Source of the DNA: Lophium mytilinum
Lineage: Eukaryota
Length of the DNA: 64,000 nt
NCBI GenBank assembly: GCA_010093605.1
Contig: MU004194.1
Span: 68,156 to 132,155 of the forward strand
Reading direction: 5' to 3'
Each line of letters starts with the position of its first letter. Position 1 is the stretch's first letter. Positions 13,125 to 26,450 of this stretch are shown in pieces. The position numbers and the translations under genes were made by a program. The notes under the pieces were generated by a model. That model had not been told where the DNA came from and ran no database searches. It saw nothing but the letters and a program-made list of their open reading frames with translations.

Positions 13125-13969
13125 ATTTGCGGGCGGAGAGTGCGAGCGCCTGTCTGCTCAAAGTGCAGAGGGCGGAAGCAGCGGGGTGGTGGCGGGTGTG
13201 GGAAAAAGTGCGGTTGTGGTGGCGGTGTCTTTAAGCCGTGGTGTTGAGGTTTGGCAGAGGTCGTCGAATTCAAAACGCCAAGAAAGTGCGTAAAGTGCGG
13301 CCGATGATTCGGAGTTAATCTAATGCCCCCGTTTCTCCATGCCCCGCGCGCTCTGATGGGTAGGTGAAACTAGACTCTTCCACCCGCCGTCCATTGTCCC
13401 GCAACGCATCCATGCTGCAGCGTGCAGAGCGGCACTCGACATGCTGTAGGGTCCTAAGGCACATCAGAGACATCAACAGCACACTCGGCCTGTGACGCAA
13501 GCTGCAGCGTCGCATCCATCCATCCTCCTCTGGCCGCTCCAGCTGCTGCGAATCAGAGGCTCGCCAAAATTGAGCCGTTGCTTTCGGCCTAGCGCACGCT
13601 CCACGATTCTAGGGCGTCGGGCGGACAACCTCCTCTCCTGCTCCTGGTCGTGTTCTCCCCCAGCAGCACTTCACTACTCCATCCTCCACACCCTCAACTT
13701 CCATCACCGGACGGAGGCCCTCCAATTGCCCCAGGCGCTGCCGAAGCCGTCGCTCTCTCTACGGGCGCGCACCTCCCGACCTACCGGCCAGCCTCGCTCC
13801 TTCGGGCTGCCTCCCCCTCTCTTCGCTGCAGCGGCCTCACGTCGCACCATCACCGCCTGCCCTCCTCACGTCCGCATACTCACACTCTCGCAATCGACTC
13901 ATCTCGGACTCACACCTTACGTCCTGATCACCGACTGCCACCGAGTCCGCTGCCCTATCGCGCCTCACC

Positions 13970-14355
13970 ATGTCTGCACCCTATGAAATCCGCGCCGGTG
14001 GAGATGGGAAGAGCAAGAAGCAGAGCATGGCCGAGCTCAAGCTGCGCCGTCTAACAGAGCTGAATGCGAGGCTCAAGGAGGATCTGGACCGTCGCCGGAT
14101 ACCCGTCTCGGAGGCATCGATGGAGTAGGCGACCCATCCGACTGCAATAACTCTGGGCATCATCGCTAACAAATCTCTACAGCCTCATTGCATTCACGGA
14201 CAAGGAGCCCAAGGACTGGATGGTGCCATCACGATGGGGCACAGTACGTACTCTTCCATATCGCGCGCAAAACAAAGCTAACCTCTTGCCAGATTGACAA
14301 GCGCGAAGACCCGTACGCCCCGCAACAGTCCAACGGCTGCTGCGTCGTCATGTGA
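13970..14355 (+). CDS. gpgA: Heterotrimeric G-protein gamma subunit (3 exons; not in ORF track)
   Basis: Spliced translation MSAPYEIRAGGDGKSKKQSMAELKLRRLTELNARLKEDLDRRRIPVSEASMSLIAFTDKEPKDWMVPSRWGTIDKREDPYAPQQSNGCCVVM*, ending in a CCaaX prenylation/palmitoylation motif. Two GT-AG introns with GCTAAC branch sites. Confidence 0.95.
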
Positions 14356-15746
14356 AGACGGCCAGCGGCGGCGATGTGCGACTGCAACGGCGTTTACGCG
14401 ATTTCGATTTACTGATGCGAGTTTCTTACCTTTCATGGTCGATAATACCCAGAGCAGTTTCCTGGGCTTTCACTAGGGACATTGTATTTTCCGGGAACTG
14501 TAAGATAGGGCAAAAAGTGGTCATGTTGCCTGCCTTCCGGCTCAATGGGAGGCTTCTGTTTTGTGCTCGACGGCATTCAATGCAATTCTTGGTGGATGGA
14601 CGATTTGGGTCAACGGTCGGATATCTTGACAGCAATGCATTTCCTCGTGTTATTTCTCACGAGCGTCTACTACACACACGCAGCATCATGGTGACAGACA
14701 GTGACATGATCGCCGCGTTCAGATTCATGGCATCGCCACCTCTGGCGGCCGTCTGGCACTGACATGGCAAACAGGGCTCAACACCGAGTATGGGGCTGCC
14801 TAGTGACCTGGGCGGAGGGCTCGTCGAAAGTATGCGTCAGGGCGTGCATCGAAACGAAATTAGGGCCGGAGCGTGCGCACAAAGGGCCTTTCGCTGCCAG
14901 TGCGCCCACATCCGAAGCATGGGACCTCGAAGCGGAGGAGGGTCATGTTTACCTGAGGCCATCGCGGTCCTTATCATCAAACGAGCGACAGGTACAGATG
15001 CATGTTTGACGGGACAAGACAGCGACAGCATCCCGACACAGCGGGTCCTTGCCGACCGTTATGTCGAATTCGTCTCGCGCTCTTCGGACGGGCCGAATGC
15101 TGCCCCTGATTGGAGGACTGGCGGCTGTGAGGCGCGCGATGGATGCTCGGCGGGGAGAGCAGATTCAGCTGCAGAACATGCCGCCTGCCATGACCGACGG
15201 CCAAATCTCACAGCGGCATCGCGCCGTTTCAGCGTGTCAGTTCGGGACGAGGCAGCTGATCATCAAGGCTTCGAGAAGTCTCGGGCTGGCGAGGGTGTGA
15301 GGACAGGAGATGCCGTGCCGAGTGACAGCGATTGGCCGCCGAGTCTTCCCGAACACCACACGGGCTCTGGAGAAAGTGGGAGCGTTATCTAACTCCGTGG
15401 GGTCCAAGCATGCATCTCCCGGCCGCCCTCCCAGCCTGCGTATGGCTGTCCATACTCCAGCTGCATGAGCGAGTGCATGAGGCCCTTCGTATCTGAGTCT
15501 TGATAGTAGGCTGCCCCGCAACGCCTTGCGCCGCAACAGCTAGTATTGAGCCACATCGACTATGGTGTGTTGACAGTCAGTCCCACGCATCGCCAATTGC
15601 CCACTACGTAAATGAATGTACCGAGAGGGCACCACTGCTAGTTTCCGACGGCCCCACCATCGCAGAGGAAAAGCAACAAGCCTAGTCGTCGGAGGCTGGC
15701 GAACAACCTCCTCCTCCTCCATCACGACCGATTTCGAGACCAAACC

Positions 15747-18002
15747 ATGGAGAACGAGACAGACCCCCCGCCGTGGTCGTCTGCCGACCAGTACGACCCC
15801 ATGTCGGCGCCCTTCAACGACCTGATCGACTTTGGCGAGCTGGACATCGAAAACATCAACTTTGGAGATACCGTCTTCGAGCCGGACCACAGCCAAAACG
15901 ACTCCAACCACCAGCTGTCCAACGAGCTGGCCGACTCGCTGAAAGCCCAGCATCTCCAGCAATTCAGCCCGCCTGTGCCTCATAGTAATCGCCATGCGCC
16001 CCCCAGCACCCCAGATCCGTCGCAAACTCCCCATGTCGGCTGCGAGATGGCCCACGCGAATACCTTCTACGATTTCGACATGTCGGCCTTCAATCAGACC
16101 ACGCAGGCCCAGGTGTCCTTCTCCGCCGCTCAAGAGCCCATCTTCCATTCGCACACAGGTGTCCCACCGACTCCAAACAGCGTCGAAATGCATGGCGACG
16201 CAGCGCGATATCTCCAGCACATAGACCCCCAAACGCGCGCTTTCATAGAGCAACGGTATCAGTTGCGGAAAGAGGAGGTAATCTATAAAGATGCCAAACT
16301 TTAAGACTCTGCTAATATTTCGAAGGCTGCTTTCACTCCCCTAGTCTCCCCCGCCGTCACCCCACATGATATCCGCTATCAGATGCCCGAGTACACGACA
16401 GTGCCCGGCCCATACTTCAGTCCACTCACATCTCCCGCATTGAGAGCTCAGAGCCAGCAAGAGCGGGACGCATACCAGCGCAGTCAATACGGGACGTCGG
16501 GGAGCTCGGCAGGGACGTCTCCAATGGAATTCGATGTTGATATGCTAGGGGAAGCAGCGACGTCACAGCCGGATGCCGGCAGACGACTCAGAAGCAACAA
16601 GAAAACTGGAAATAGGTCAGCCGCTGCATCGGCGCGTGTGCGACAGTCGCCTATTGTCAAACCTTCTACCAGACGCAAAGCAACACTCTCATCGGTCATC
16701 CCACCCAAGGAAGTCAGTGACCTGTTGGAAGAGGTACAGAAAGCGAAGCATACGCAGTCAAACTTCAACACACTCCCACCACCTCGAAGCCAGGATGCTT
16801 CTGAGGCAGAGTCGATTTCCCCGGAGCCGTTGTCAGAGATGCGCCCACCCCCAAGACCTGGTTCCGTCACACATTCCCCCGCTATATCTGCCAAGGGTGG
16901 TAACGCCTTTTCCCCTATGCACGGCGCAGCACAAGGTCTCCATCCTGCAACCCCCGCCTCTTTAATGCGACTCCAGCAATCGCCCAGTTTCTCGCCAAAT
17001 CTCTCGCATCATCAGGAGATGTCGCCGCTCCTCGAGGAGCTAACGCTACCGGAGTCAGCGACAACAACCTCACGTCCATCTATCGCGCGCTTAGAAACTT
17101 CATTCCTGGCTCACGATGAGGACCAGAGCACGCCACGTTTACCGGCACGGAAAACCCCGAAGCTCAATCCGTCGAGCACGCCTGGGAGTATTTCTCTGTC
17201 TCTGGCTCCAAGTCCGCTGATGAGTGCCATATCGTCTCCGACGAGTCCAGGATTTGCACTCAACGGCGCGAGAAGGATCGAAGCTAAAGGACCCCGAAAT
17301 AGCAAAAAGCGAAACAGCACAAGCTCGGCACTTGTGAGTCCAGCTTTGAGACCGAAGATATCGCCGAGCATCAAGCCTCTTTTGCCTGATGGGGGTATGT
17401 TTTTTTCTTCCTTGGAGCCAATCTTGCTCTGCTGTTTCTCGAGAAGCAACTAACAGTTTGCAGCAACCTCAGATGAGACGCACGCACTTCTCCTCGCCTC
17501 GAAATCAAACTATCAAAACATCCTAGACGGAACAACTGTTCCTGGGGTCAATTATCCATCCTCGTTGTCAACGAATTTGACATCGAAACGCACCTCTCAC
17601 AAAATCGCAGAGCAAGGTCGGCGAAACCGCATCAACACAGCACTCCTAGAAATGCAAACTCTCCTTCCATCTCCTCAAATCAAAGCTAAAGATGCAAGCG
17701 ATTCGAAGAGCCCAGAGGGCAATGGCAGTGGCGGTAGCGCTGGCAGTGTGAAAGCGGCGCCCGCTGTTCAGAGCAACAGCTCCAAGGCCGCGACTGTCGA
17801 AACCGCGATCGAGTACATCAGGAAGCTTCAAAAGGCCCAGCAAGAGAAGGAGGAAATTATCAACAAAAAAGACGAGGAAGTCGAAGCGCTGAGGCGCGAG
17901 CTAGCCCAGCTACGGCGAAGAAGCTCGACATCGACGCCGGGTGTGGTCGAAGAGCCCAAAAAGGAGGCCGACTCCGGGACAGAAATGGTGGATGCCACGT
18001 GA
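15747..18002 (+). CDS. palcA: bHLH phosphate-acquisition transcription factor (PalcA/NUC-1/Pho4 family), 3 exons
   Basis: VPPTPNSVEMHG, FTPLVSPAVTP, YFSPLTSPAL, VSPALRPKISPSIKPLLP, LLASKSNYQNILDG and the bHLH basic region TSKRTSHKIAEQGRRNRINTAL...SKAATVETAIEYIRKL. Confidence 0.93.
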
Positions 18003-18449
18003 ATCGCGCACTAATGCTACTTTTTCAACCTATCAAATCCTACGAGGTGTGCTTCGGACGGCAGCAGAACTGGACGCGGCAATCACCATGCGACACGCAA
18101 CACTCCAATATCACGATCCAAGTATACGGCTGACAAGTCCTTTACCACGCATATTGATCTCTTGACTATGAGCGAGGGGATAAACCGAACGGCGTACAAA
18201 GACTGCAGCTTCTTCGCTGATGCTGTTGGCCACGCCAAGGGAGGGTTAGCTCGCGTTTGCCACGCTCACGATATCATGTTCATCTTTGCAACATATCCAA
18301 AAGTGTGTATCATGGTATTGCAATGCGTTCCTGCAGGCTCAGCGTGTCGGTGAACGACCCAGCTTGATGTCACTTTTCGAATATCTATATTTGCCTAGGT
18401 AGACCTATCTACTAGCCGAAATGGCCCGCAAGAAGTTCAATCAAGATGA

Positions 18450-21400
18450 AGTCTCCCCAGGCCGTAGGTCTACTGCATAGTGTCTGGCTCTGCCTTTCAT
18501 AAAACTTCCATCGCAGACTCGTGCGTCCTCTTATTACCAACTTCTTCCTCCATCAACTCTCCTATTCTCAGTCTTCCTAGTGCCACTTGAAATCCCAATC
18601 CGATCCCCCCAATCCCACCCCGTCCACCTCCTCCTCCACCATCTCCACCACTCGCCGTCCCTCCCTCCGATACCGCCCTATCCATTCCTACCCTTCCCTC
18701 ACCGCTCCCCCATTACTCTCCGCGCCCGCAACTTCTACAACCAACCACACGCCGCCAACTCCTCCATCCTCCGAGCGGCGCGCTTCCCTCGTCGGCATCT
18801 TCCCTGTCCGTGTGCCCCCTGCTCTCTCTCAACACCGTCACAACACCCCGCTTACAACCACGCACGCTCTCCTATGTAGCCCCCCTCCTGAGCTCCCCCT
18901 CCCCCCCTCTCCCGTTCCCGCCCCGCTCACCTCCTATTCGCCCCCTCCCATCACACCCCTCTCACATGCCTCCGTTCTCCGGCGGACTCTCCCGATCCCA
19001 CCAGCGCATCGACCCACGTGCGCCCACTCACGGGGCACACCGGTATCGGCATCGGAAGCTTGTGGTCGGCGGCGCGGGTGATGCGTTGGCGGAGGGTCGG
19101 AAGCATGTGAGAGGAGGGGGGTTGGGGGAGGTATATAGGAAGGGGGAGGGACGCTGTTTGGAGGGCAGAGGGGAGAGGTGGAAGTAGGAGAAGGAGAGGG
19201 TTGGGGAGGTGGTTGGGTGCGAAAAACGTGTACTTCGGCTCTGGATGTGGGTGTGGTGGTTGTTGGAGGGAGGGTCTTGAAACATCCTGGCAATCGGTGG
19301 TGATGGCTGGTGTGGTCAATTCTGTGCCATAACATCAAGCCATGGGTGGGTTCGTCGAAAGAAAAAAGAGATTTAAAGAGGAAGAATGGGTGTGTGGACT
19401 TGGTGCCCGGGCTTGGAAGTCAACCTGGATGTGGGAAGACCTTAATGGCTGGGAGGTGGGGAGGTGTCGTGGGGAAGCCGGACGCTGCGACGTGTTCCAA
19501 AACGTGACTGGGGATGCCGGGATGTTGTGGGTGTGCGTCCCATTACTTCAGCAACCAAAAAAGCGGAATGGTTTGGCGGAGTCGGTCCCTGGCTAAAATT
19601 GGCTAAGCAACCTGTGTAATGGGGAGTTTGTCCGCTTGTTTGGGAGGGATTTGATGTGAAAGACGAGTCAACACAGAAAAGCGGAAAGCTTTATGGCGAA
19701 TTTCTTCCTGAGTCTTTCAACAATTCGCCAAGACAATGCGGATGGCGCTGCCTGCTTTCCGGGTCTCTGAACAATTGGCATGGGAGTGACCTATGTTGGT
19801 GCTGGGGTATCGAGCATCTCAGAGCCGCCACATTGATGTCGTCGACACCATCGAAGAGTTCGATAGTTGGGCATGTCTTGTGTGCCAAAGTGGCATTTCC
19901 AAAGAGGTTATGAGCCGTTTCGGTCAACATTCCCTCCTTTTTCGTCTAAGGGTTTATCTCTCTGCCTCTGCCACTGAAAAGCAGACCACAGCACCTGATG
20001 GAGCTGTGCTGCTCTGGTTCTTTCGTGCATATCAAAAGGCAGCGGATGGTTATACACTATGTCCGGTGCCAGAACCAAGACAAGAATATTGCCATGAGCA
20101 GTCGAGGCTTTCTTCACAGGTCGATGGAATTATGAATGGAGCATTCATTGACTTGTTGATTGCTAAGCCATCATGTCAGCAACCATGTGGCTGTCATGGA
20201 GCGGTGCTCCTGCGATCTGCCAAAAGCGTATCAGGAGAAAAGACATGATCAGCTCATATCCAGCGCCTATGTATCTTCGCCGAAGTGCACGATAGGTAGC
20301 TGTGCATTCGCCATCAATACGAGAGGGGAGTATTGGACGATGGAGCTCTCTTCTGTCTCGTTGATCAACCAGCAAAACGGTACCTCTATGTTTTGCCCTT
20401 GCGGTCCTCTCGGGGCGTGTAAAAATGCATTTACAAAGCACATGATGTCCGGTGCGATCATCAGAAAGTCCTGGTCTAGAATGGACATGTGTCCGTCTCA
20501 ATTCATGAGACCGAACAGGAGGGTATCTCCTTCCCATCAATCAGTAGCCCATACGGGATACGATGTGGTGGAGCGTTGCTCCTCCGGTTCTTGTGAGGTA
20601 TATCACAATCATTTGCAATCACGACATGCCTGGTGCCAAAATCACTCTCACCATTCAAGCATAACGGAGGCTTTGATTCACATTCCAAAACTTTGGGTTC
20701 ACTTTACGATGGCGGAGGAGTGCTCCTGCGGCTCTTCCTGGGCTTGTCAAGACTGCTTTGCAACGAGTCATGCTCGAACGCAATGTCCGGTGCCAAATGG
20801 TTTCCAATATAGTCTCATGGTACCTGGCTGCCTGCCATCAAATCAAGTTCAGCGATCCCAGTAATGGAGGCTTTTTCTAAGTTGACAATCTCCAGTAGGC
20901 TATGTGACGGCAGAGTGGTGTTTCTGTCGTCCTTTCGGGGGCGTAAGCATGTCGCGAGCATTGCCACGATATGTCCAACGCAAAAACAATCGCAGTTACA
21001 GAAAGCTCATGGAGTATCTTTTCCTTCGCCATCTGATTGAGCTTGACGCGATGGAGGCTCTGCCCGCGTCGATAAAACACCACATAGATATATGATGGCA
21101 AAGTGGTGCTCCTGTCGCTCTTCCGAGTCAGATAAAGTAGCTCCTACGACTGTGACTATGTCCGGTGTTAAGACAATGGAATATGCAAAGCTGTTATGAA
21201 AAACTAGCCGCTTGCCATCGCGCTTATCGCATAGTACTAGGAGTCCTTATATTGCGTCGGTCAACAGACTCAAGACGAGGATTGAGACAGGCAGCTACGG
21301 TTCTCTTGAGGTATGAAGCATAGACGGGAAAGCTCTTCCATGTCTGGTCCCGTTCTGCCAAACTGCAGACCTTTTATAGGAGGCTAGTTGTCGTTTGCCC

Positions 21401-24400
21401 AAAATCCACGTCGACGCTCGCTATGGACTCTTTTGCTGCTCGTCGAATATAAGAACGAGGTGAAATTGATGGCAGAGCAGTGTTGCTGTAGTTATATAAA
21501 GACGATAAGGAACCTTCTCACGTCGGGCGCCAGCATATACCGACTCCCCAATTTATTGGAGACTGAGCGAGCAGACGGAGCATGGAGAATCGCTATCTCG
21601 ATCTACAAAATCCTTAGGCGTCGACGCCATGGTGTCGTGGTACTCTTGTGATACTTCCAAGTGTATCAAGGCCTACAAGATGTTCGTAATGCCTAGTTCC
21701 AAACTCTTCGACCCTGAACTCGATGGGCAGCTGTCTGGCCATTTTTCGATAAATATGCAACTCTTCACTTACATGGAGGGATGATCTGCCCCGTCGGCCA
21801 ATAAAGTAGACTGGACGTCGCCATGGCTCTTCCGGGAGGAACCAAACCGATACGGTACCATGCTCATGTCTGGTCCTGTTCTGCGGTTCAGCGGACCTTG
21901 CACGGTCGCTAGTTTTGCAAGCACAAAAGCCAAGCATTCACGGTAATCTTGCTGTCTCGTCTTTCAGAAGAAGCAAAATAAAGAGCATTTATGACTTCAT
22001 GAAGCGGTGCTCCGGTGGTCTTTCTGGAGAGTACGAAGGTTTTCTACCATTTTTCCCCATGGGTGACAGCATAATGTCATTTCGAGGCATTGTATGGGGA
22101 GCTGTCGACGCAAATATTCGATGCTCAGATACGATGGAGCTTTTGTTGTTCTGTCGATCAAAAGGCTATCGTTTGTGAAGTCCCTATGGTGGGACGGCAC
22201 TCCTGAGACTTTTCGAGGTGTATCGATCTAAACACCCAAGTGAAACGTTTGTGCAGGCGGATGATCCGCAGCGCTTTCAATAGATCATCAGAATGGGCGT
22301 ATGAGATCAAGCTAAACATTGTCTTGGCCTATGAGCCAGCATATCAACACTTCGCTACTATAACACGTTTTCGCACTCCTATGATGGGGGCCGGACTTTG
22401 GCAGTCTTTCGCGAAACACCTGGAAGACCCAGAATGAGAAAACCTCGAAGACGAGGAATGACAAAACCTTGGCGACAAACTCTTCATGCAGTAGCGATTG
22501 TAAAATCTTTGGCGTATGGACGCCGCATGGAAAAGCAGATGCCCCGTACGGAATGAGAAAAGTGCAACATACCCATCCATGGGTTTCACCCCTCCGGCCG
22601 CAGGGAACGCGCTCGGATCCAATAGTTCGAACGGCAAGCATCGATGGCAAAGTGAGAATGAGTGACTGTATGCTACAACTTGAAAGTCAAAGACATTCAG
22701 GAGCATGTCCCCACCCTTCTCTTGATGCTCTAAGCGGAGTCAACTTATCCGGAACGCTGTGGCCATGGCGCTGTCTGTAAAGCGCATAAGTAACGGAAGC
22801 GTGATGGGAGTAGATGTGGAGGAGCTGGAGATCGCTACCCGGGGGCGCCACATGTCGTGATCGAGAAGTACTGCTCCGAGGAAGTGATGGTATCGTCAAT
22901 ACCCACATACTCATTGTATGACCAGTGGTTTCAGGGCCTTTGAACTGGTCCCTTATGAGTGTGTCGTCGAATGTCTTTGCTCGATTTTTCTTCGGTCAAT
23001 CAATCCTCCCATGGGGATATCTAGACATCGGAGCCAACACACTATCGTGTTCCTGAAAGACAGGGCTTGGGGGTAATTTGGGCGTGAGTTCGAGGGTCTC
23101 CCAGAACTACGCGGAATACATGCAGAGCCTTCTCGTGCTTTCAACCCCCTTGACAAGGAAAACCAAAACTCTGATCTGAGAGTAACGCAGGAAGCCTGCG
23201 GACCATGCTGACCTGTACACACGCTATAGGAAGCTCCATGACTTCTGGAGATCGTGCAAACTCCCTGTGCACTACAAATTATGGCTGCGGAGAACCCTTT
23301 GGTAGCTCTAAGCTGAGCACCGATACTTTGACTAGGCCGTGCTACGGTTGAAAACCTGAATCGTGATCACAGAACTTCTCCATGACTTCGGGAAAGACGT
23401 ATTCGAACTAGGCCATTCTTCGATCTCATGGCCATTGCCTCCCTGGCTGGCCCCGCTAGATCATTTGGAAGGATGGATGCCTTGGGTCCATGGACTAGCT
23501 TTCGTATTCTGGTCGCCACAGTCGATGTAAGGAGCTAGCTTCGACCCTAATTCTTATACAGTTACAAACAAGCTTCATACACACACTCGATGCGCAAATC
23601 AGAACGGGCTGCTGTGGTGTTCGATGTTGCTAGCAGAACAGATTGTAGCGGTGGAGGGTTGCAACTTATATGAGCGGCTTGAACGCTACTAAACATTAAC
23701 TTCGGCTACCATCCATGAGTCGTCACTTGCTCCAAACACCAAAAACGACGTTATTCCTAGCTTATGGGGACAGTCCCAGAGCTCGTGCTCCCTCACTCAC
23801 AACGATGGAGCTTGGTTCTGGATGTTTGCTCCGCTCTGTCGGAAACGACGTTGCCAGTTGATAACACTGAGAGATACACGAACTTATGAGTTTGCTAGCG
23901 GAGATCACCTTATTTTAGCTTAGATCTGATGTGGGCTCGGAACAGGAATGTATCGACGAGAATCGCGTCATCAGCAACGCCATGTCTGAGTCACCTTCGC
24001 ATCAACATTGACCTTGATGCTCGCTGCGACTTTGAATCTGTGTGGTAGAAAGCAAGATATGTTTCCAGTACATCCAACAGTTTTCACGATTCGAGGAACA
24101 AGTATGAAGGCAAGCATGAAAGAGTGAATCCTCGACGACTTGCCATGGTCCAGAAAACGTTGCATTCTACTTCTTCCATGGGACCATCCGCTTTTGGTAT
24201 TAGACATATGAGAAGTCGGCCAGAGTAAAGAGCGTGCACCACAGTGGGCAATAGGAAAGCCTCTGTTATTAAGTTGTATGATTTTTGAGGATTTGCACCC
24301 TCGAAACATGTGTCCGAAAGCCAGGCTATGCGGTGAGATAATCGGCGACATCCTTGCGCCGCTGCGAGGACAGTTAGGTCTACGAAAAAATACTCCCATA

Positions 24401-25400
24401 CCCCTCTGAACATGCCGAAAAATTGGATAGATTGGAAAGAAATGGCTGGGAAGCTTGGTGTCAAATTTTTCATGGCAGCGCTCTACGACTGATCGGGCCA
24501 GTAGAAAGTCCCAGTATATCACCCTCCAACGCCAGACTCACTCCATGCCCGGTTCCCACTCGCAAAGACTAGGTTCCGTCTCGAGCTATGCGCGGAGAAG
24601 TGAGAATTCTATCGCATGGCGCATGATGGAGAAAGCCTCGAGACGCTGCTGCCCATCAACTGGCTGATCGAAGTCAAGTGTGTCGAACTGGGGGGACATG
24701 ACTCCGGATGTCCCTGGTCAGCTCAGTCCATTTGGATAATACAATCCGATCGAGATTGGGGATGTATGTGCTGGGGCGCACTTCGGCAGACACACCACCA
24801 TGCACAGTCAACGATCGCTGCGGTATTCATCGTTCGTCACGCACAAGAAAACTAAGACAATGACTGCTGTTATGGAGTTTGTCCAGCCAAAACTTTGTCA
24901 GCCGACACTCATGCAGCTGCCCGGCTCGTAGCGCCAAAAGCCCATGCCTTTCGATAAACAGCGCGCTCAAGACAGTGATATGGAGCCCCTCGATCAAAGA
25001 CATTAGAGCAGCTACCGATGTTGCCAATTTCCGTATCATAGCATACAATGCAGCTTCCGCGTGGATCGGCCTCAGCAGTCAGCAAGTTCGGAACAAACGT
25101 GTCTGGTTAGATGTAAGATCTAGCCTACCTTCGATGTCCAAACCAGGTGTGTTCTGAAAACCTGGATCCGCGGAAGAGCTATGGAAAGCTGAGGTTGCGA
25201 CTTCGAGTAGAGAAGCCTTGTCATCGACTTTCAAAAAGAAGCTCTGTGTCGACTGTCTTGGAAAGGCAAACTTCAAGGATGATGATCCAGGACTTGAAGG
25301 CTTCCTCAGTCTGTGGCTGATGAGTCCTCCAGTCTTACATTTGTACATATAGCATCTTACGGGTCCTCGTGTCAGCCTTGACTAGACTCCGGTCTCCAAC
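18450..25400. pseudogene. Tract of decayed coding-like sequence (several probable gene relics)
   Basis: About 7 kb of roughly coding-like composition containing protein-like fragments broken by stops or frame changes (e.g. HLEDPE*ENLEDEE*QNLGDKL at ~22420-22490). No intact recognisable ORF. Confidence 0.35.
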
Positions 25401-25856
25401 TATATTTAAGCTGTGGCGCCCGCTATTAGCGTAACCACCAGAGCTTACCTAGGAGAGGCTGTGCCCAGCTAGCCTTGCAGATCATCTCGCGCCTTCCATC
25501 CGAAAGGGGCAATCTTCTCAAGAACGCTTAGTACGCCAGATCGTCATCGCGTTATCTTTGTAGTCTCCGTTCTAAATGTCCCTTCTTTTCTTTGGCTCCA
25601 AGGTTCGCCACGACTTCAAATGCGGTTCTTTGTTGCGCTCAAACGACAATGTAGCTCGACTCAGCCTTGCAAGCCCTTACGGCTCGCAAATCCTCCGCGG
25701 GCTTTACTGTGAAGCGCCAAGGTCTATAAAGACATGCCTCCACGTAATCTACCACTCCACTAAAATCAATTCTACAATTCACCAAGCCTCGGAATAGCCG
25801 ACTAGTCTCCAACCGATCTTCTACCCTCCAACTACGAACTACCCCTCTCTATAACC

Positions 25857-26075
25857 ATGTGCTTCAGCTCCAAGCTAAATTATGACGACACAGCAGGCAT
25901 GCCAGCGACCAAAGTAAACCCACGTATCAAGCCCCCACAGACAAAGAGAGCGAAAAGAACATACGAGGAGGATATCCGGAACTACGGATTGGACGTTGCG
26001 CAAGGGAATTGGGAACGTAGGAGGAGATTGACCATTGCTAGAGGGGCTGGTGCGGCCGCTGGGGGGGCAGTGTAG
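25857..26075 (+). CDS. Small basic orphan protein (72 aa)
   Basis: TATAAA at ~25725, CT/CA-rich leader, strong start context (ataaccATG), and an MCF-type N-terminus with a GAGAAAGGAV tail. Confidence 0.6.
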   Translation: MCFSSKLNYDDTAGMPATKVNPRIKPPQTKRAKRTYEEDIRNYGLDVAQGNWERRRRLTIARGAGAAAGGAV

Positions 26076-26122
26076 GTTTGGATCTGTTCTTATAAGACCT
26101 TCGTCAAGCTGATAGTGTGGCT

Positions 26123-26336
26123 TGCAGATGCTGAACCACGTTTCAGATGTCGTGGGTTTAGACTTATTTGTACACCCTTGATCTAGATACGGGCCACTCC
26201 CGACGGCATCGACCAATAGTACACTCTGCTGCAGATGCTGAAACACGTCTCAGAGGCCGTGGGTTTAGGATTATATGTACGCCCCTGGTCTCGATATAGG
26301 CCACTCCCGACGGCGTCAACCAATAGTGAACTCTCC
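26123..26336. repeat. Diverged tandem duplication, 107-bp unit x2
   Basis: tgcagatgctgaa...ggccactcccgacggc.tc.accaatagt..actct starts at 26123 and again at 26230. Confidence 0.9.
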
Positions 26337-26450
26337 CTCTCCCGCCGCAATCTCCGCATTATATTAGCCACTGAAGAAAATTAACTCCTGAAACCCCCAT
26401 CCGAACTTTCCCCTAAACTCCCTAGAAAGACACCGCGCCGTGAAGACCCT

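Noticed and set aside
13130..13970. G-rich to C-rich skew between eIF3a and gpgA
   Set aside because: Opposite polarity to the 3'-end switches and explained by the pyrimidine-rich leaders of divergent genes.
15540..16253. 237-aa minus-strand ORF
   Set aside because: Antisense shadow of palcA exon 1.
20160..20864. 234-aa Cys-rich + strand ORF
   Set aside because: Non-ATG start, no patterned Cys spacing or signal peptide, and it lies in the decayed tract; probably a chance or antisense frame.
23971..24522. 183-aa minus-strand ORF
   Set aside because: Random-like composition, no motif, and it overlaps other fragmentary frames.
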